A stretch of DNA of 63,839 nt, counting the filler, from Octopus bimaculoides (Eukaryota), in assembly GCF_001194135.2 (NCBI RefSeq). It is 7 parts of 7 records of this genome, joined end to end, with 100 filler letters (N's around TTAATTAATTAA, not from the genome) between each part and the next. Parts side by side here need not be neighbours in the genome. Positions count along the whole stretch, not along the records: positions 1 to 21,252 come from NC_068986.1; 6 more parts are not named here. One strand, 5' to 3'. Shown one piece after another: positions 1 through 12,422 of this stretch (positions are counted from its first letter, which is position 1; each line of letters starts with the position of its first letter). Under the pieces are notes generated by a model, which was not told where the DNA came from, ran no database searches, and saw nothing but the letters and a program-made list of their open reading frames with translations. A program made the position numbers and the translations under genes.

Positions 1-47
<47 letters not shown>

Positions 48-473
48 TTATGTTTCTTTCAAAGGATACAATGTTGTTTGTATATTTTGCTTGTTTGTTA
101 AATAAGCTAACATGAACTTTTTTTTATAAAAATCAATTACACAAACACAAGCATAAACACACGCACACACACACAAGCACAAATACACAAGTACCCCCCC
201 CCCCACATATCACACCAGATAGGCCCTGCTGCATTATATTTTATTCATTATCGGTTACTTGTATGTGTGTGTGCATATATACAAGCATATATATAAAAAT
301 TTATATATTTATATTTATATATACAGTATATATACACAAATGTACATAAATATATTTACATTTAGCTACATACATATCTTCATAATTATATTTATATATG
401 TGTGTGCTTATGTATATGCATTTGTGCATATATATGTGTTTATATGGGTGTGTGTCTGTCTGTGTTTGTGTTT

Positions 474-504
<31 letters not shown>

Positions 505-1089
505 ACCCATGCCAGCATGGAAAACAAACATTAAAATGATGATGATGATATTTGAAAATATAAACATACATATCATATATTAACACAATCTATATGTATG
601 TATGTATGTGTGTATGTGTATGTGTATGTATGCATATGTGTGCTTGTGTTATGCATGTGTGTGTAATTATGTGTGTGTAATTATGTGTGTGTGTGTCTTT
701 CTCTCAGTGCATATGCATGTATTGTATATAAGTATGCACTCAAACTAACAATCTATATATATTTAAGCAATTCCTCAGAAACTCAGTCTTTTGTTTTCTC
801 TCTTTCCCATTCTTTTTGTTTATTTTTTTCTTTATAATATCAAAAAGGTTCGGTTTGGTATGGCAATTTAGACCTATAAAATACATTCACATGTCAGTCT
901 ATATACATAGACAATCTCTGAACAAAAAATGAATACATAAATATAATATCAATTATCAGCTGGATACATTTCATTTTAAATGGATATATATTTAACACTC
1001 TACATCTTTAAACTAAAAAATTTAGTTTTTCTACTAAATCTTTTGGGTTCTTCAAGTCCTAATCATATCACTCATTTCGAGCACTTTTG

Positions 1090-1440
1090 AAAATTTCTAT
1101 GGAGTCATTAACTCTTTTATCTACTTATCTATCAGCATACCTACCTACCTCAACCTACTTACCTATGTACTTACCTGCCTATCTACCTAGCTACCTACTG
1201 ATATACAGATATGTCTGCCCATCTGTCTGTCTGTCTATCACTCTATTTACCTAGCTACCTGCTGCTCTATCTATCATTCTATGTATGTGTGTATGTATGT
1301 ATGTATGTATGTATGTGTATCTATCTATCTATCTATCTGTCTGTCTTTTTTCTTTCTGTCTGTTTGCCTGTCTGTTATTCCATATATCTATCTGTGTCTG
1401 TCTGTCTGTCAATGTATCAACCTATCAACTAATCTTTCTT
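1090..1440. repeat. Compound tetranucleotide microsatellite (CTAC/TCTG/ATGT/ATCT)n
   Basis: Directly visible runs of ctac, ctgt, atgt and atct units; these explain ORFs 1211-1622. Confidence 0.9.
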
Positions 1441-1606
1441 TCTTCCTGCCTATACTGTTACATTGTTGTCTTCTCTCTCTCTCTCTCTCCCAAGTTATTC
1501 ATCCATCTCATTCAAATTGTCATTCTCTTTTATTGATTTTTGTATTGTCATATGACCTCACATTTTTCTCTAAATTTTCTAACTTTTATTCTGTTACTTT
1601 TTCTTC

Positions 1607-1762
1607 AGGCATGGCTGAGTAATTAACTAGCTTGCTTAACAACTGTGTAGTTTCAGGTTCAGTCTCACCATGCAGCACCTTGCATAAGTCTCTTCCACTA
1701 TAGCCCTGAGCTGACCAATGCCTTGTGAGTGAATTCAGTAGAACAGAAACTGTGTGGAATCC
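1607..1762 (+). mobile_element. Degenerate tRNA-derived SINE head (family A)
   Basis: Aligns by eye to the cleaner copy at 48535-48700 (B-box-like GGTTCAGTC, CTATAGCC, CCTTGTGAGTG). Confidence 0.7.
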
Positions 1763-1768
1763 TACACA

Positions 1769-2008
1769 AGGCTGGCATTAGGAAGTGCAGGGCCCTGTTA
1801 GAGAATTGTCAGTGGAGCCCTCTGCACTACAAAAGCTGAAGATTGATGTTTTATGCTTTGTATAGTACACCAATTCAGGGCATAAGGCATTGAGGGCTTG
1901 ATATATAAAAAATTCATCATAATATCTTCTGTTCAAGCATGTGCATGGGGCCCTCTCTTGATGGACCCAATTTGGACAAATCTGTTTAAATGACTTAAAA
2001 CTGGTCCT
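1769..2008. mobile_element. GGGCCC-rich dispersed repeat, possibly MITE-like; paralog of 61787-62290
   Basis: Shares CTACAAAAGCTGAAGATTGATGTTTTATGCTT and a right end (AACAAATCT...CTTAAAACTGG) with 62068-62290. No TSD found and TIRs are weak. Confidence 0.55.
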
Positions 2009-2016
2009 AATCCCAC

Positions 2017-2070
<54 letters not shown>

Positions 2071-2224
2071 CTGTGAGTGTGTATGTGTTTTCTTTAGCTT
2101 TGTTGCTGTTTGTGTGTGTGGTGTGTGGGTGCGCATACATATGTATAATGCATTTAAGTCATCTACAAACCTAAAACATATGTATTAAACAATTTCAAAA
2201 TATCACTATATATAAATATATATA

Positions 2225-2510
2225 GCTAAGGGTAGCCTCACTTCCAGTGGTCTTCCGGACACCATCCTGGAATTTCTGCATGTCCGTGCTATTGGTAGAT
2301 AGTCGTTGAACCTGCACTAGGTTCATCTGACATTTGACCTTTTAATAGGTCTTGGTTTTAGTCCTGCTGGGTTTCTAGCAACCCTCTTCATCAGGCCAGG
2401 CTGGTGGGGGTGCCTGTTTAGTCACCAGCAACCCAACCATCCAACAGGTTGTACTGGGTTCCATGTTACCAGTAGTACCCATGAGAGCTTCACAAGTGAC
2501 ATGGCATACA
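2225..2510 (-). mobile_element. 5' end fragment of an RTE-like LINE (5' UTR plus ORF start)
   Basis: Minus strand has a structured 5' UTR-like segment followed by ATG TCA GAT GAA CCT AGT GCA GGT (MSDEPSAG). Family assignment is from my recollection of RTE 5' ends. Confidence 0.45.
2413..2462 (-). ncRNA. Degenerate HDV-like ribozyme relic
   Basis: Minus strand GGAACCCAGTACAACCTGTTGGATGGTTGGGTTGCTGGTGACTAAACAGG. P1 AACCCAG/TTGGGTT, P2 CCTGTT/AACAGG and a CTAA junction are visible; P3/L3 is too short. Confidence 0.3.
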
Positions 2511-2554
2511 TACAGACATACAAATGATCTGACATAGATAGATAGATAGATATA

Positions 2555-2860
2555 GTGGGTGGTGACACTAGGAAGAGCATCTCACTAATGAAGCCAATCC
2601 AGCATGAAAGATGGATGTTAAAAGATGATCATGATGATGCATGTGTGTATGTGTGTGTATGTTTGTATGTATGTATATATATATATATCATCATCATCAT
2701 CGTTGTTTAATGTCCGCTTCCATGCTAGCATGGGTTGGACGATTTGACTGAGGACTGGTGGACTAGGAGGCGACACCAGGCTCCAGTCTGATTTGGCAGA
2801 GTTTCTACAGCTGGATGCCCTTCCTAATGCCAACCACTCCGAGAGTGTAGTGGGTGCTAT
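2555..2860. mobile_element. Two RTE-type 3' tails facing each other across a (TG)n(TA)n tract
   Basis: Plus-strand tail ...CCAGCATGAAAGATGGATGTTAAAAGATGAT at 2555-2640. Minus-strand tail CATCATCGTTGTTTAATGTCCGCTTCCATGCTAGCATGGG at 2686-2860. Confidence 0.7.
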
Positions 2861-3598
2861 ATACATATATCTGAATTCCCTCTGATCCATGCTTGCCAAA
2901 AGAATTCATTGAGGTAGAATTTCTATAGATCGATGCCTTTCCTGTCACCAACCTTCCCTTGTTTCCGAGCAAGGTAATAATTCCCTATAGCTGGACATGT
3001 GTTCATGATAGATTTGAGATGAATAACATTACTTGTATGATGGTAATATTTTTATTTACAACTATTATTCACTATCAAGATGAAGAGACACAGACACACA
3101 TACGCATGCATGCTCATGCACCCCCACCTCCCACACAAACATACACATAGATGCATTGAATGATCTCTTTTCAGTTTCTCTGTACTACTAAATCTATTCA
3201 GAAGACTTTGCCTGGGGTTTTAGCAGAAGACACATACTCAGGACACTACACAATGAGACGGAACCTCAAAACTCAAACACAGGGTTAACCACACAGGCAT
3301 GTCTACACTACATCAGATCAGCAGTCATGAACTGCTTGTCAGGTTTTAGTTAACTGATTTTTATAACTATTAAATAATCAAATAATTAATTAACTTAAAC
3401 TTTTCATTATCTGATACTCCACAACATATTATTGTCATCTTGTAAACAAAAGCTTTTAGAAACTTGCTCAACTTATTACAAATTCTGGTCTTTTCTTATT
3501 GTTTCCAATTATTTTAAACAAATATTCATCTTCAACATACTCTCTAATATTTATTAAAACACAGAAATATTTCTAGCATGTTGCTTGTGTTAATATCT

Positions 3599-3857
3599 TT
3601 TATCTTTTACTTGTTTCAGTCATTGGACTGCAGCCGTGTTGAAGCACTGCCTTGAAAATTTTAGTTGAATGAAAGGGACCCAGTACTTATTTTTTAAAGC
3701 CTGATATTTAGCTTATTGATTTTCTTTGCTTTAGTGCTGAAGTAGAGCAATGTAAAGAAATTGACACTGGTTGTAAAGCAGTGGTGGGGAACAGACACAT
3801 ACAAAAACACACACACACGTACACGCACACATATATACATGAATATATATACACATA

Positions 3858-3947
<90 letters not shown>

Positions 3948-4160
3948 TATATGTTTGTATATATATATGTACACACACACACACATGCACATGCACATAG
4001 AATAGGCTTCTTTCAATTTCCCTTCACCAAATGCACTCACAAGGTTTTAGTCAGCTCAGGGCTACAGTAAAAGACACTTATCCAAGTTGCCACACAGTGG
4101 GACTGAACTTGGAATCATGTGGTTGAGAAGCATGCTACTTACTACACAGCCATGTATGTA
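3599..4160 (-). mobile_element. Composite SINE (family A head + microsatellite hinge + D tail)
   Basis: Head at 3990-4160, (CA)/(TG)/(TA) tract, then a tail starting TTTTACTTGTTTCAGTCATT at about 3605. Same layout as 32145-32828. Confidence 0.8.
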
Positions 4161-5671
4161 CCTAAGAATATCTCCAAGTTTTATTTTTCATTTCACGAGT
4201 CATTTCTTTCAATTGAATATCTTTCCCAATGTCCATCAATATGAGTATATTGATATCTGATACATTAATATGGGCAGAGGGCTATCATAGCTATGGATAA
4301 TTATCTCTAAGTTTGATAGTGAGCAATCAGAAACATAGTTATTTTTCAATACAGCTGCAGAAAAGAATTTATACCAGGCTTTATGGAAAACAAACATGAC
4401 ACTAGGGATTCCAAATTGCTGAGCTAATCCTGAACTGTCCTAAAGATTCAAACTTAGAACCTAAGTTTACATTCAATAGCTCTACTGACATTTCCATCTC
4501 TTGCCAGCTAGAATTTGCTTTTATAGCATTCTTGCAGAGAGATGTATGATAAGCTAAAAGTATAACATAGTTGTAGCCAGAGCATATTCAGTTTGTTTTC
4601 TTTATTGACCATTTATTCAGAGATACCTTAATCCTAAAGCTATTAATTCTGGCTTTTATTAGTATCTGCAGTTCTTCACATTCAGTGCTTCCATTTGCAT
4701 GACGAATTTTTCTGTGATCCATCAACATAGTTAGTGTTTGTCAGGACAGATAGTGAGTTTATCTCCTTGCCATAAACACCCAAACAATCTACTTGGGCTT
4801 CATGTACTCTTTGGAGATCAACTGATGCCTGCAAAGATAGACATCTTCATAGAGTTAAGGTCGATTGCTATGTAAAGTGACCAGCATTAGTTGAAAACTC
4901 AGGTAGTTGATGATGGAAGTGAAGAATATAAAATTGTTTCCATCAAAGTCTAAATTGAATGTTTATATCTTGGTAATAAAACTATCCTGTTCTGAACTGC
5001 TAAGCTATTTCTGCTTTGTCAGTTATGAAGATTATCACCAGTGATAACAATTTGCAGAATGCTGCTTTGCTGTGAAGACTAAGGGAAGCAAGTGATTTTT
5101 CAGCAAGATGCAAGTGATCAGTCATAATACAAATAGCCATATGTGTCTCTCCAACTTAGTTTCAGAGATTCAGAGCTGATCAAATTAAACCTCACTGACA
5201 CACTTGCTGTTGTAACCCAGTTATCTTATGATTTCATTTCCTGTTAATAGTGTTGAGTTGGTTAACAAAAGCAATGCACCAAATATCTACATAATACATT
5301 GTAGCAACTATCAACCAGGATAGCAACGTACTGCTCTGATATAAAAAAAACAAAAAACTCAGAAAGGTTAACAGCATCAAATATATTTCATGTTATTCTG
5401 GTTTGACAAATGACAGTGTCAATATAATACAAATATTTTAGTGTAGTCATGTTAAATAAGTCATCTCTTGTATTGCTGAACTTACAAAATAGCAACGAAA
5501 TATTGTTCTGAAAATAGTTTAAAATTTCATTACAAATGAATCAGAATATTGAACTTATATGTTTTTCTCTTTCTGTGTATGTGTGTGTGTGTGTGCATGT
5601 GTTTGTATATATGAATGTATGCGTATGAGTGTGTATACAAAATATTAAATGATAATTATCAATGCTGCATT

Positions 5672-5810
5672 TCTGAGTGGTTTACAAGTTTGCTTTGCAT
5701 TTATGAGGAACCAGGTTCAATTCCACTGCTGAATATCTTTACAACAGCCTTGAGTTTACCTAAGCCTTGTGAGTGAAATTGGGCAGACAAAAACTATACA
5801 GAAGCCAGTT
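5672..5810 (+). mobile_element. Degenerate family A SINE head
   Basis: CCAGGTTCAATTCCACTG and AAGCCTTGTGAGTGAAATTGG motifs. Confidence 0.6.
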
Positions 5811-8174
5811 GGCAATTATGTTATTAATATTTTTTGTTGTGAATTAACCAACACAATATATCAGTTGGCGATTGTATTATTAATACCTTTTACTGTAAAC
5901 AGCCAACACAAATATCATGTCTGGTAATAAATATTAAAGGTTTATGAGTTAGCTTCAACTGTTATCCACACAGCCAATGACATTCTGCTAGAAGCATAGC
6001 TAATAGAGGAGCAAGGGCAGCGACCACCACCACTGAGCACATTTTTCAAAATTGGCACCTTTTCATCAACTTTTTTTTAACTCTTTAGTTCACTTGTGCA
6101 ATAAAAATCAAATGACATTTTTTTTTTACTCCCATGGCTTTGAAAGAACTTTCTGGAGTCATCACTTTATAACCAACCTCCTGTATTTTTGAACTGTCTG
6201 CTTAATCCCCTGTGATATGTCATTGGCTGCTGACACTTGAAGAACCAAAATAAACAACCCTCATATCATAATCTCTCACCACTGGATGATCCTGTGGAGT
6301 TTCATCTATTTCATGTCATACCTAGATCAGTGTTTGTAAGTTTCATACATAATGACATTGTTGCTGAAACATGAAATTAATGAATACAGTTACGTTTATT
6401 ACAACTAATGAAATATTTTGTGTAATATAAGAGAAATTAGTTAAAAATACTATACTTAAATACGAATAATAATAAAGCTGAAGTGAAGTCTAAGTATATA
6501 ATGCATGTGGTTAATTATCAAAAATATGATCATACTTAAATATATCAATAATTGTTTCTACAAACAATTCCACAACAAGAATCCTGCAAGACCAATACAT
6601 AAATAAGTTAAAAATTGTTTGGTATGTGCTACGGTACCTTTTTTTTAATATGCTCACTCCCGCTAACTTTAGAACCTGGCTATGCCTCTGCATTCCTCAT
6701 GTACACTACAGCAATTATAATAAAGCCATCTATTATGACAATGATAGCTCAGGCATTAACCAGCTGAACATGAGCAACTAAACAACCCTGTGATAAGCTC
6801 AACAGTACAAGTTAATTCAATGGGTAGGTAATTCATTTGATAAAAACTATTGAATATTTATAACTGAAACTGACTGAGATCCATTTTCTGGACTTACTTT
6901 AAAAATATTGAATATCTGTGTGAGTTTATGCATAATGGATGAAAATACGTGAATTTAAAACCAAGATACATAGCTTGCTAATAAAAATAATTTATCTTGT
7001 AAAATTCTGTAAAATCTGTTTAAGGACCAGGATGTAGACAACCAAACTAACAATTTAGCTTGCAGATGAAGAAAAGTTTAAATCAGTAGATTAAAGACAA
7101 AACCTTAGTAAAGTACAATACACTATGGGTTAACACGAGCTACTTGAGCTAATTATTGTCTCAGCTATTCCTTTAGGAGAGGTTTTATAGGAAGTTTGGA
7201 GAAAGAGATGTCTATCTAAAGAGAAGGGTAGAACACTGTAGGTAGTCTGTGTGATCTGAATAGCAGTTTTTTCTAGAAGACCTATTTATAAGCTGGCATT
7301 TTAAGAACCTCATGGATCACTTTAGTTCAAAGTGAGATGTAGGTAGTATGGTACCAGATGATACCCAACCAAAAGCTGAAGTTAGCATAAGATGTAAAGC
7401 ACACCAAGAGATATATGTGAGAACATGTGTTTGTGTGTATGTATATGTGTACGAGTATATGTTTACATACATGTTTGTAAACTTGCGTATGTGTGTCCAT
7501 GCATGTTTGCATGCATGTGCATGTGTGTGTATGCATGTTTATTGTTTGTTGTTACTGGTTAGAGCTCCTGCCCACTTGTATATTACAAATTTGGTTACTG
7601 TTTCCTGCAGTTTAAGCAACTACATAGAGGTTCCTTTGATGACATGAAGCTTCCTGATGATTCACATACTGTGATTTGAGGATAGTAATGCTGTATTCAG
7701 ATGTTATAATGAGATATTTAGGTATTTGAAGATGTTGGACATATTGCAGATCTATATGGGTCAAAGCTGACACTTCACATATTTAAGTGGTGCCTGAGGT
7801 TTAATAAATATTTTCTTTTGATATATAAATGAAGCACATCAAGCTTGTTATATTTGTGATTCATTTCAAATTGCTGTGATTGGTTGCTATTTGAATATTT
7901 CATGCTTATCGAGTGTACACTCTCTTAAAAATTAGCTTTTGATTTTATTTTAATGATAGTAAAGAGCAGGAATGGAAAGATTTAACACCTACATTGAATT
8001 GGTTGTGTAAATGTATGAAAGTTCATACATTGGCCCACTAAATTTAACATCTTAATATTGTTCCTTCCAAGAATTGACTTGCCCTTGTCAGCCTAAGTAA
8101 CTTATGAAATACATATTACATGTAATGAGTAAATCTTATCACGAGTTTCTATTTTGATTTCCATGGTGAATTGA

Positions 8175-8327
8175 CACAAGCATTGCGGAGTAGTAAGAAA
8201 TATGGTTTCCAACCATACTGTTCCAAGTTCAATCCCACTGCACAGCACTTTTGGCAAGTGTCTTCTACTATTGCCCCAGGCCAACAAAAGTCTTGTGAGT
8301 GGATCTGGCAGATAGAAACAAACAAAT

Positions 8328-8376
<49 letters not shown>

Positions 8377-8600
8377 CTTCTTGCCTTGACATCATGTGAT
8401 AATTGTCAGCAAGTGTCACCATCATATGAGCTGTGTTCCTAATGTTCAATCTTCCACATTCCTGGTCATGGGGGAATACTACCTTACTTACTAACAAGTG
8501 AGAGTTAGCTACAGCAAGAACCATAGAAAATCTGTCTGAGCAAATACTGTCAGACACATGCCAGCATGAAAAAATGGACATTAAAAAGATGATGATGATA
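8175..8600 (+). mobile_element. Composite SINE (family A head + (TG)n + RTE-type tail ending in (GAT)n)
   Basis: AAGTTCAATCCCACTGCACAGCACTTTTGGCAAGTGTCTTCTACTA head; ends CCAGCATGAAAAAATGGACATTAAAAAGATGATGATGAT. Confidence 0.8.
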
Positions 8601-8869
8601 ATGCAGTGTCCCCTTTGAAAAAATACAGCTGTGTTCTTGTCTTAATTCACTTGCATTAGTCACTTCTTTCAAGAAATTAGACTTATCATAAACTCATGTT
8701 TCCTTTGCTTAATGTAACAAAAACTGAAAATAAACACTCTTCTATTGGTTTATGTCACACAAAGTGTCTATTGAAGCTGTTGATACCTGGGGTTGCTGTT
8801 TTTCATAGGAATACTGTAGTTTTTGCGATTTAAACCTTCACTCACCTTTAAAACTGAAACAGTACTAAA

Positions 8870-8934
8870 CTTTGTTTGGGTTTCTTAGCAATTTGGTAGA
8901 TGGAAAATGTATAGAAGCCTTTTTATGTAAATGG

Positions 8935-8977
<43 letters not shown>

Positions 8978-9170
8978 TTTCCCCCTCCATCCCACCACTT
9001 GACAACCAGTATTGGTTTCTTTACATTCCTGTAACTTAGTAAATCAGCTCAAGAGACCAACTGAATAAATAGAAGACTTAAAAAATAAGCATTGGGGTAC
9101 ATTTTTTTGAGTAAATTCTCTAGGGTGATACCCAACATGGTCAGAGTCTTGTAATTTAAACAAGCAAAAA
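8870..9170 (+). mobile_element. 5'-truncated composite SINE (end of A head + (TG)n + D tail)
   Basis: TTGGTAGATGGAAAATG, a TG tract, then the reverse complement of the tail at 3599-3830. Confidence 0.7.
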
Positions 9171-9199
9171 ATAAAAAAATAAAAAGTAATAGTTTCTTG

Positions 9200-9390
9200 A
9201 CTGTAGAATCTTAGGTTATGCTTGGATCAGTTGATTAGATTGACTCAAGTGCATGATAGATGTTTATTTTATCTATCCTGGTGACATGAAAGTCAAAGAT
9301 GATCTCTGAAAAATTTGAACTCATAATATATAAGGTTAGAACAAATATCACAAGGCATTTAGCTCAATGCTCTAATGATTCTGTCAAACT
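9200..9390 (-). mobile_element. Degenerate family E SINE
   Basis: ATGAAAGTCAAAGATGATCTCTGAAAAATTTGAACTCA resembles ATGAAAGGCGAAGTCGACCACAGCGGAATTTGAACTCA at 24930-24970. Confidence 0.6.
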
Positions 9391-10387
9391 ATTATCTTGT
9401 AGTGGACATTTGAATAGGGATGTTGCTAAAATTAATAATTGCTTTTAATTTATAGCAAGAATTAGCTTTAATTTCACCCGATGGACATGAATTTGCTGTA
9501 GCTTAAGCATGTATACATAATTAAATAATAATCCCAGTTGCAGCAAGAATTAGCAATTATTTTTAACTAAGTGACATGAATTTCAGATAACTATCATTAA
9601 TTCACAATAGTTTGGGCTGTCTTGTCTAAATTAGCATAATATTTTGGCTAAGTAGTATGAATTGGCAATAGTTTCAACTGAAAAACTAAAACTAGCGTTA
9701 GATTCGACTACATAGAAATGAAGAGTTGCTAACTAAATGAAGATTAGCATTACTTTCCATTATATGATACAAGTTATTAGATTTTGTGAAAAAAATTCAG
9801 AATTATTTTCAGGTATGTAGAAGGAGTTAACAATAATCTGAAACCTAGATTAAAAAAAGTCATTTAAAAATACGAAAATTAGATAAAGTATATCAAGTTA
9901 ACGTGATTTCTTACATTTATATTGCATATCTTCCAGCAGAGTGATTGCAACCAGTACTTTAAACGTCATTCAAATTTGTATTTTGTCAGGAAACTTATCT
10001 GTCACAAATGTCTCATGCTAGCTGATTGATAAGAAGTTTTCTATACTTATAGTTACCCTTGAGATAACAAATCAGCTCTCAACATCGAATATTATCTTGA
10101 CTTCTCATATAGTGCTTACAACATTTAACTATTATACTATTGATTCAATGAACTAAATAATATTATATATCTCCTCTGTAATGAAGAGCAGGTATAATGG
10201 GTTAATAAGGCATTACATGACTGTTGGGTCGATTGTGAGTTTGGCCTTATGCTGGTATGATGCAGTGTTTGTGTATTAAACACTTCAGAAGTTCCCTCAT
10301 TCAGTACATTTAACTGTAAAGAAAGCACCATAAGATGGAAGATGGAAGAAAAGAGTGAAAATTGTAGCTAAATATACACACACACAC

Positions 10388-10435
<48 letters not shown>

Positions 10436-10456
10436 ATATATATATACATACACATA

Positions 10457-11682
10457 CAGGATGCATAAGGTATCTGAGGACATACCTTTTTTGGGTCATT
10501 GCTGCATTTTTTGCTAACTCTGTTTAATCTTTGTTTCAGAAAATTATTATGGCAGACCCTCAGATTACTCAAGAAATAAAGAGGTATGCTGTTACTGTGG
10601 TTATAAAGGCTGAGCATAGCGATTTAGAAATATTTCGATTTTTAAAAGTTGCCAAATCTTTTGTCTACAAAGTTTGCAAGGAGCTAGAGACTGAAGATGG
10701 AAACATATCATGAGAATCAAAGCATAAAAAGCATTCTAAATGCTCTGAAATCATCAGACCACATGAATTTATCCAACAAGTTCAACAGACCATTGTTTAC
10801 AATCCCAGAAAGTCCATGAAGTCAATTGCAAAAGATCTCCGGATGTCAGAAGGAACAGTCAGAAATGTTATCCATGAAGACATCAGATATAAAACTTATA
10901 TAAGGAAAGGTCAATTTGTCAGAAAAAAGCAAAAGCAAATCACTACATCAGATCTAAAAGGCTTTTAAACAAACTGAAAAATCTAGCAGAAAATGACTTG
11001 AGTTGGTTTTTCTCAAGTGAGAAAAATTTCAAACAAAATCAAAAAGTTAACAGAAGAAATGACAGATGGTCATGTGCTGACCCTTCTCAAGTTTCAAGTG
11101 TTATGCATACATAATTTTCTGCAACTGTCATGGTTTTAGGGGTTGTCAGCACAAGGCCTCAGAGTTAACCCTACTGCCTACATTGAGGTCCTGGAAATAA
11201 TTAAGCCCTGGATAGACAGTGTATGCAATGGAAGATCATATGTGTTTCAGTAAGACTCTGCACTATCAAACATGGCTTTAGTAAGACAAGAGTGGATGGC
11301 TGAAGATTTTCATGATCACATAACCTCTAACATTTGGCCTCCTAATTCCCCAGATCTCAATCCATTGGACTATTACATGCGGAGCGTTGTTGAGAGAGAG
11401 AGGTCAATGAACATGTCCATAACACCAAAGATTCTTTGAAAGCTGCCATAGTCAGAGTAATGTCCAAAATGAACCAAGACTACTTGATTCAAGTTTGTAG
11501 ATGATTTAGATCTCATATGGAAGCAGTTGTTGAAGCTGAAAGCTGCTTTATTGAATAACATTATAGAAAAAAATGTTTATTTTTATCCTCATAGCAGTTT
11601 TTGGTAAATAAAGTTATTATCTGTTATCATATAGCTATATTTTATAAGCATAAATCTATCCTCAAATATCTTATGCATCCTG
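10457..11682 (+). mobile_element. Full-length maT/DD37D Tc1/mariner transposon with disrupted transposase
   Basis: TA-flanked TIRs CAGGATGCATAAGGTATCTGAGGA and TCCTCAAATATCTTATGCATCCTG (2 mismatches). ORF starts MADPQITQEIKR at about 10549. Motifs WFFSSEK and D-(37 aa)-D ending WPPNSPDLNPLDY. Several stops and frameshifts. Confidence 0.93.
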
Positions 11683-11699
<17 letters not shown>

Positions 11700-11715
<16 letters not shown>

Positions 11716-11977
11716 AGACCTTTGGCAATTTACTGTGCTTGAGAAGACATGTCAAGCCAAATGAAATCATAGTTGAGACCAGTGCTGGTGACACATAAAA
11801 GGCAACTGTGCCAGTGATACATAATAGGCACCCATGCAGATGACATGCAAAAGGCACCCACAGAGCATCCAGCCAAATCAGACTGGAGGCTGGTACACCT
11901 TTTCAGCTTATGAGTCTTTCACAAACCTTCTAACCCATGCCAGCATGGAAAACAGACGGTAAATGATGATGATGATA
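11700..11977 (+). mobile_element. RTE-like LINE 3' UTR or RTE-tailed SINE
   Basis: GTGCTTGAGAAGAC, AAAGGCACCC sub-repeats, and the tail CCCATGCCAGCATGGAAAACAGACGGTAAATGATGATGAT. Confidence 0.75.
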
Positions 11978-12165
11978 TATATATATATATATATATATGA
12001 GTATATATTGTCAAAAACAAAAGAAAAATATTCTATTGAGATCTGGAAATTAAGTGAAGTAGGATAGAAAAATGAATCAGGTTGACAAAAGAGAAAGTAA
12101 AGTTTGGTTTAGAATGTTCTACCTTTGAGGTTGTATATTTGAAGTGAACCTCTTACTCACTCTCT

Positions 12166-12202
<37 letters not shown>

Positions 12203-12422
12203 TTAGTTAAAGAATAAAAGGACTGGGTTAACGACAATGAACATATGTAAGAAATACAGCATAATCCGTCAAACATAAAGAATAAGAAGAAATAACGCAA
12301 GAAGAAATAATAAATAAATAAAAATATAGTATATAGTATAAAATTTTTATACATGAATATATTGTTTCAACCGATAACATGGAACTGAAAAAAATTGAGT
12401 TAAAGGTATAATACAATACACA

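Noticed and set aside
2355-2400. CTGATGA...GAAA on the minus strand, and CTGATGA at about 20595, as hammerheads
   Set aside because: No pairing stem II between the core halves and no stem I or III.
259-4070. YI/CV/TH-rich ORFs here and throughout (e.g. 21026, 22952, 26459, 33675, 36254, 42000, 52394, 63403)
   Set aside because: Translations of di- and trinucleotide microsatellites.
4170-5500. Possible ancient LINE relic
   Set aside because: Only a faint RT-like phrase on the minus strand; no motif strong enough to support a call.
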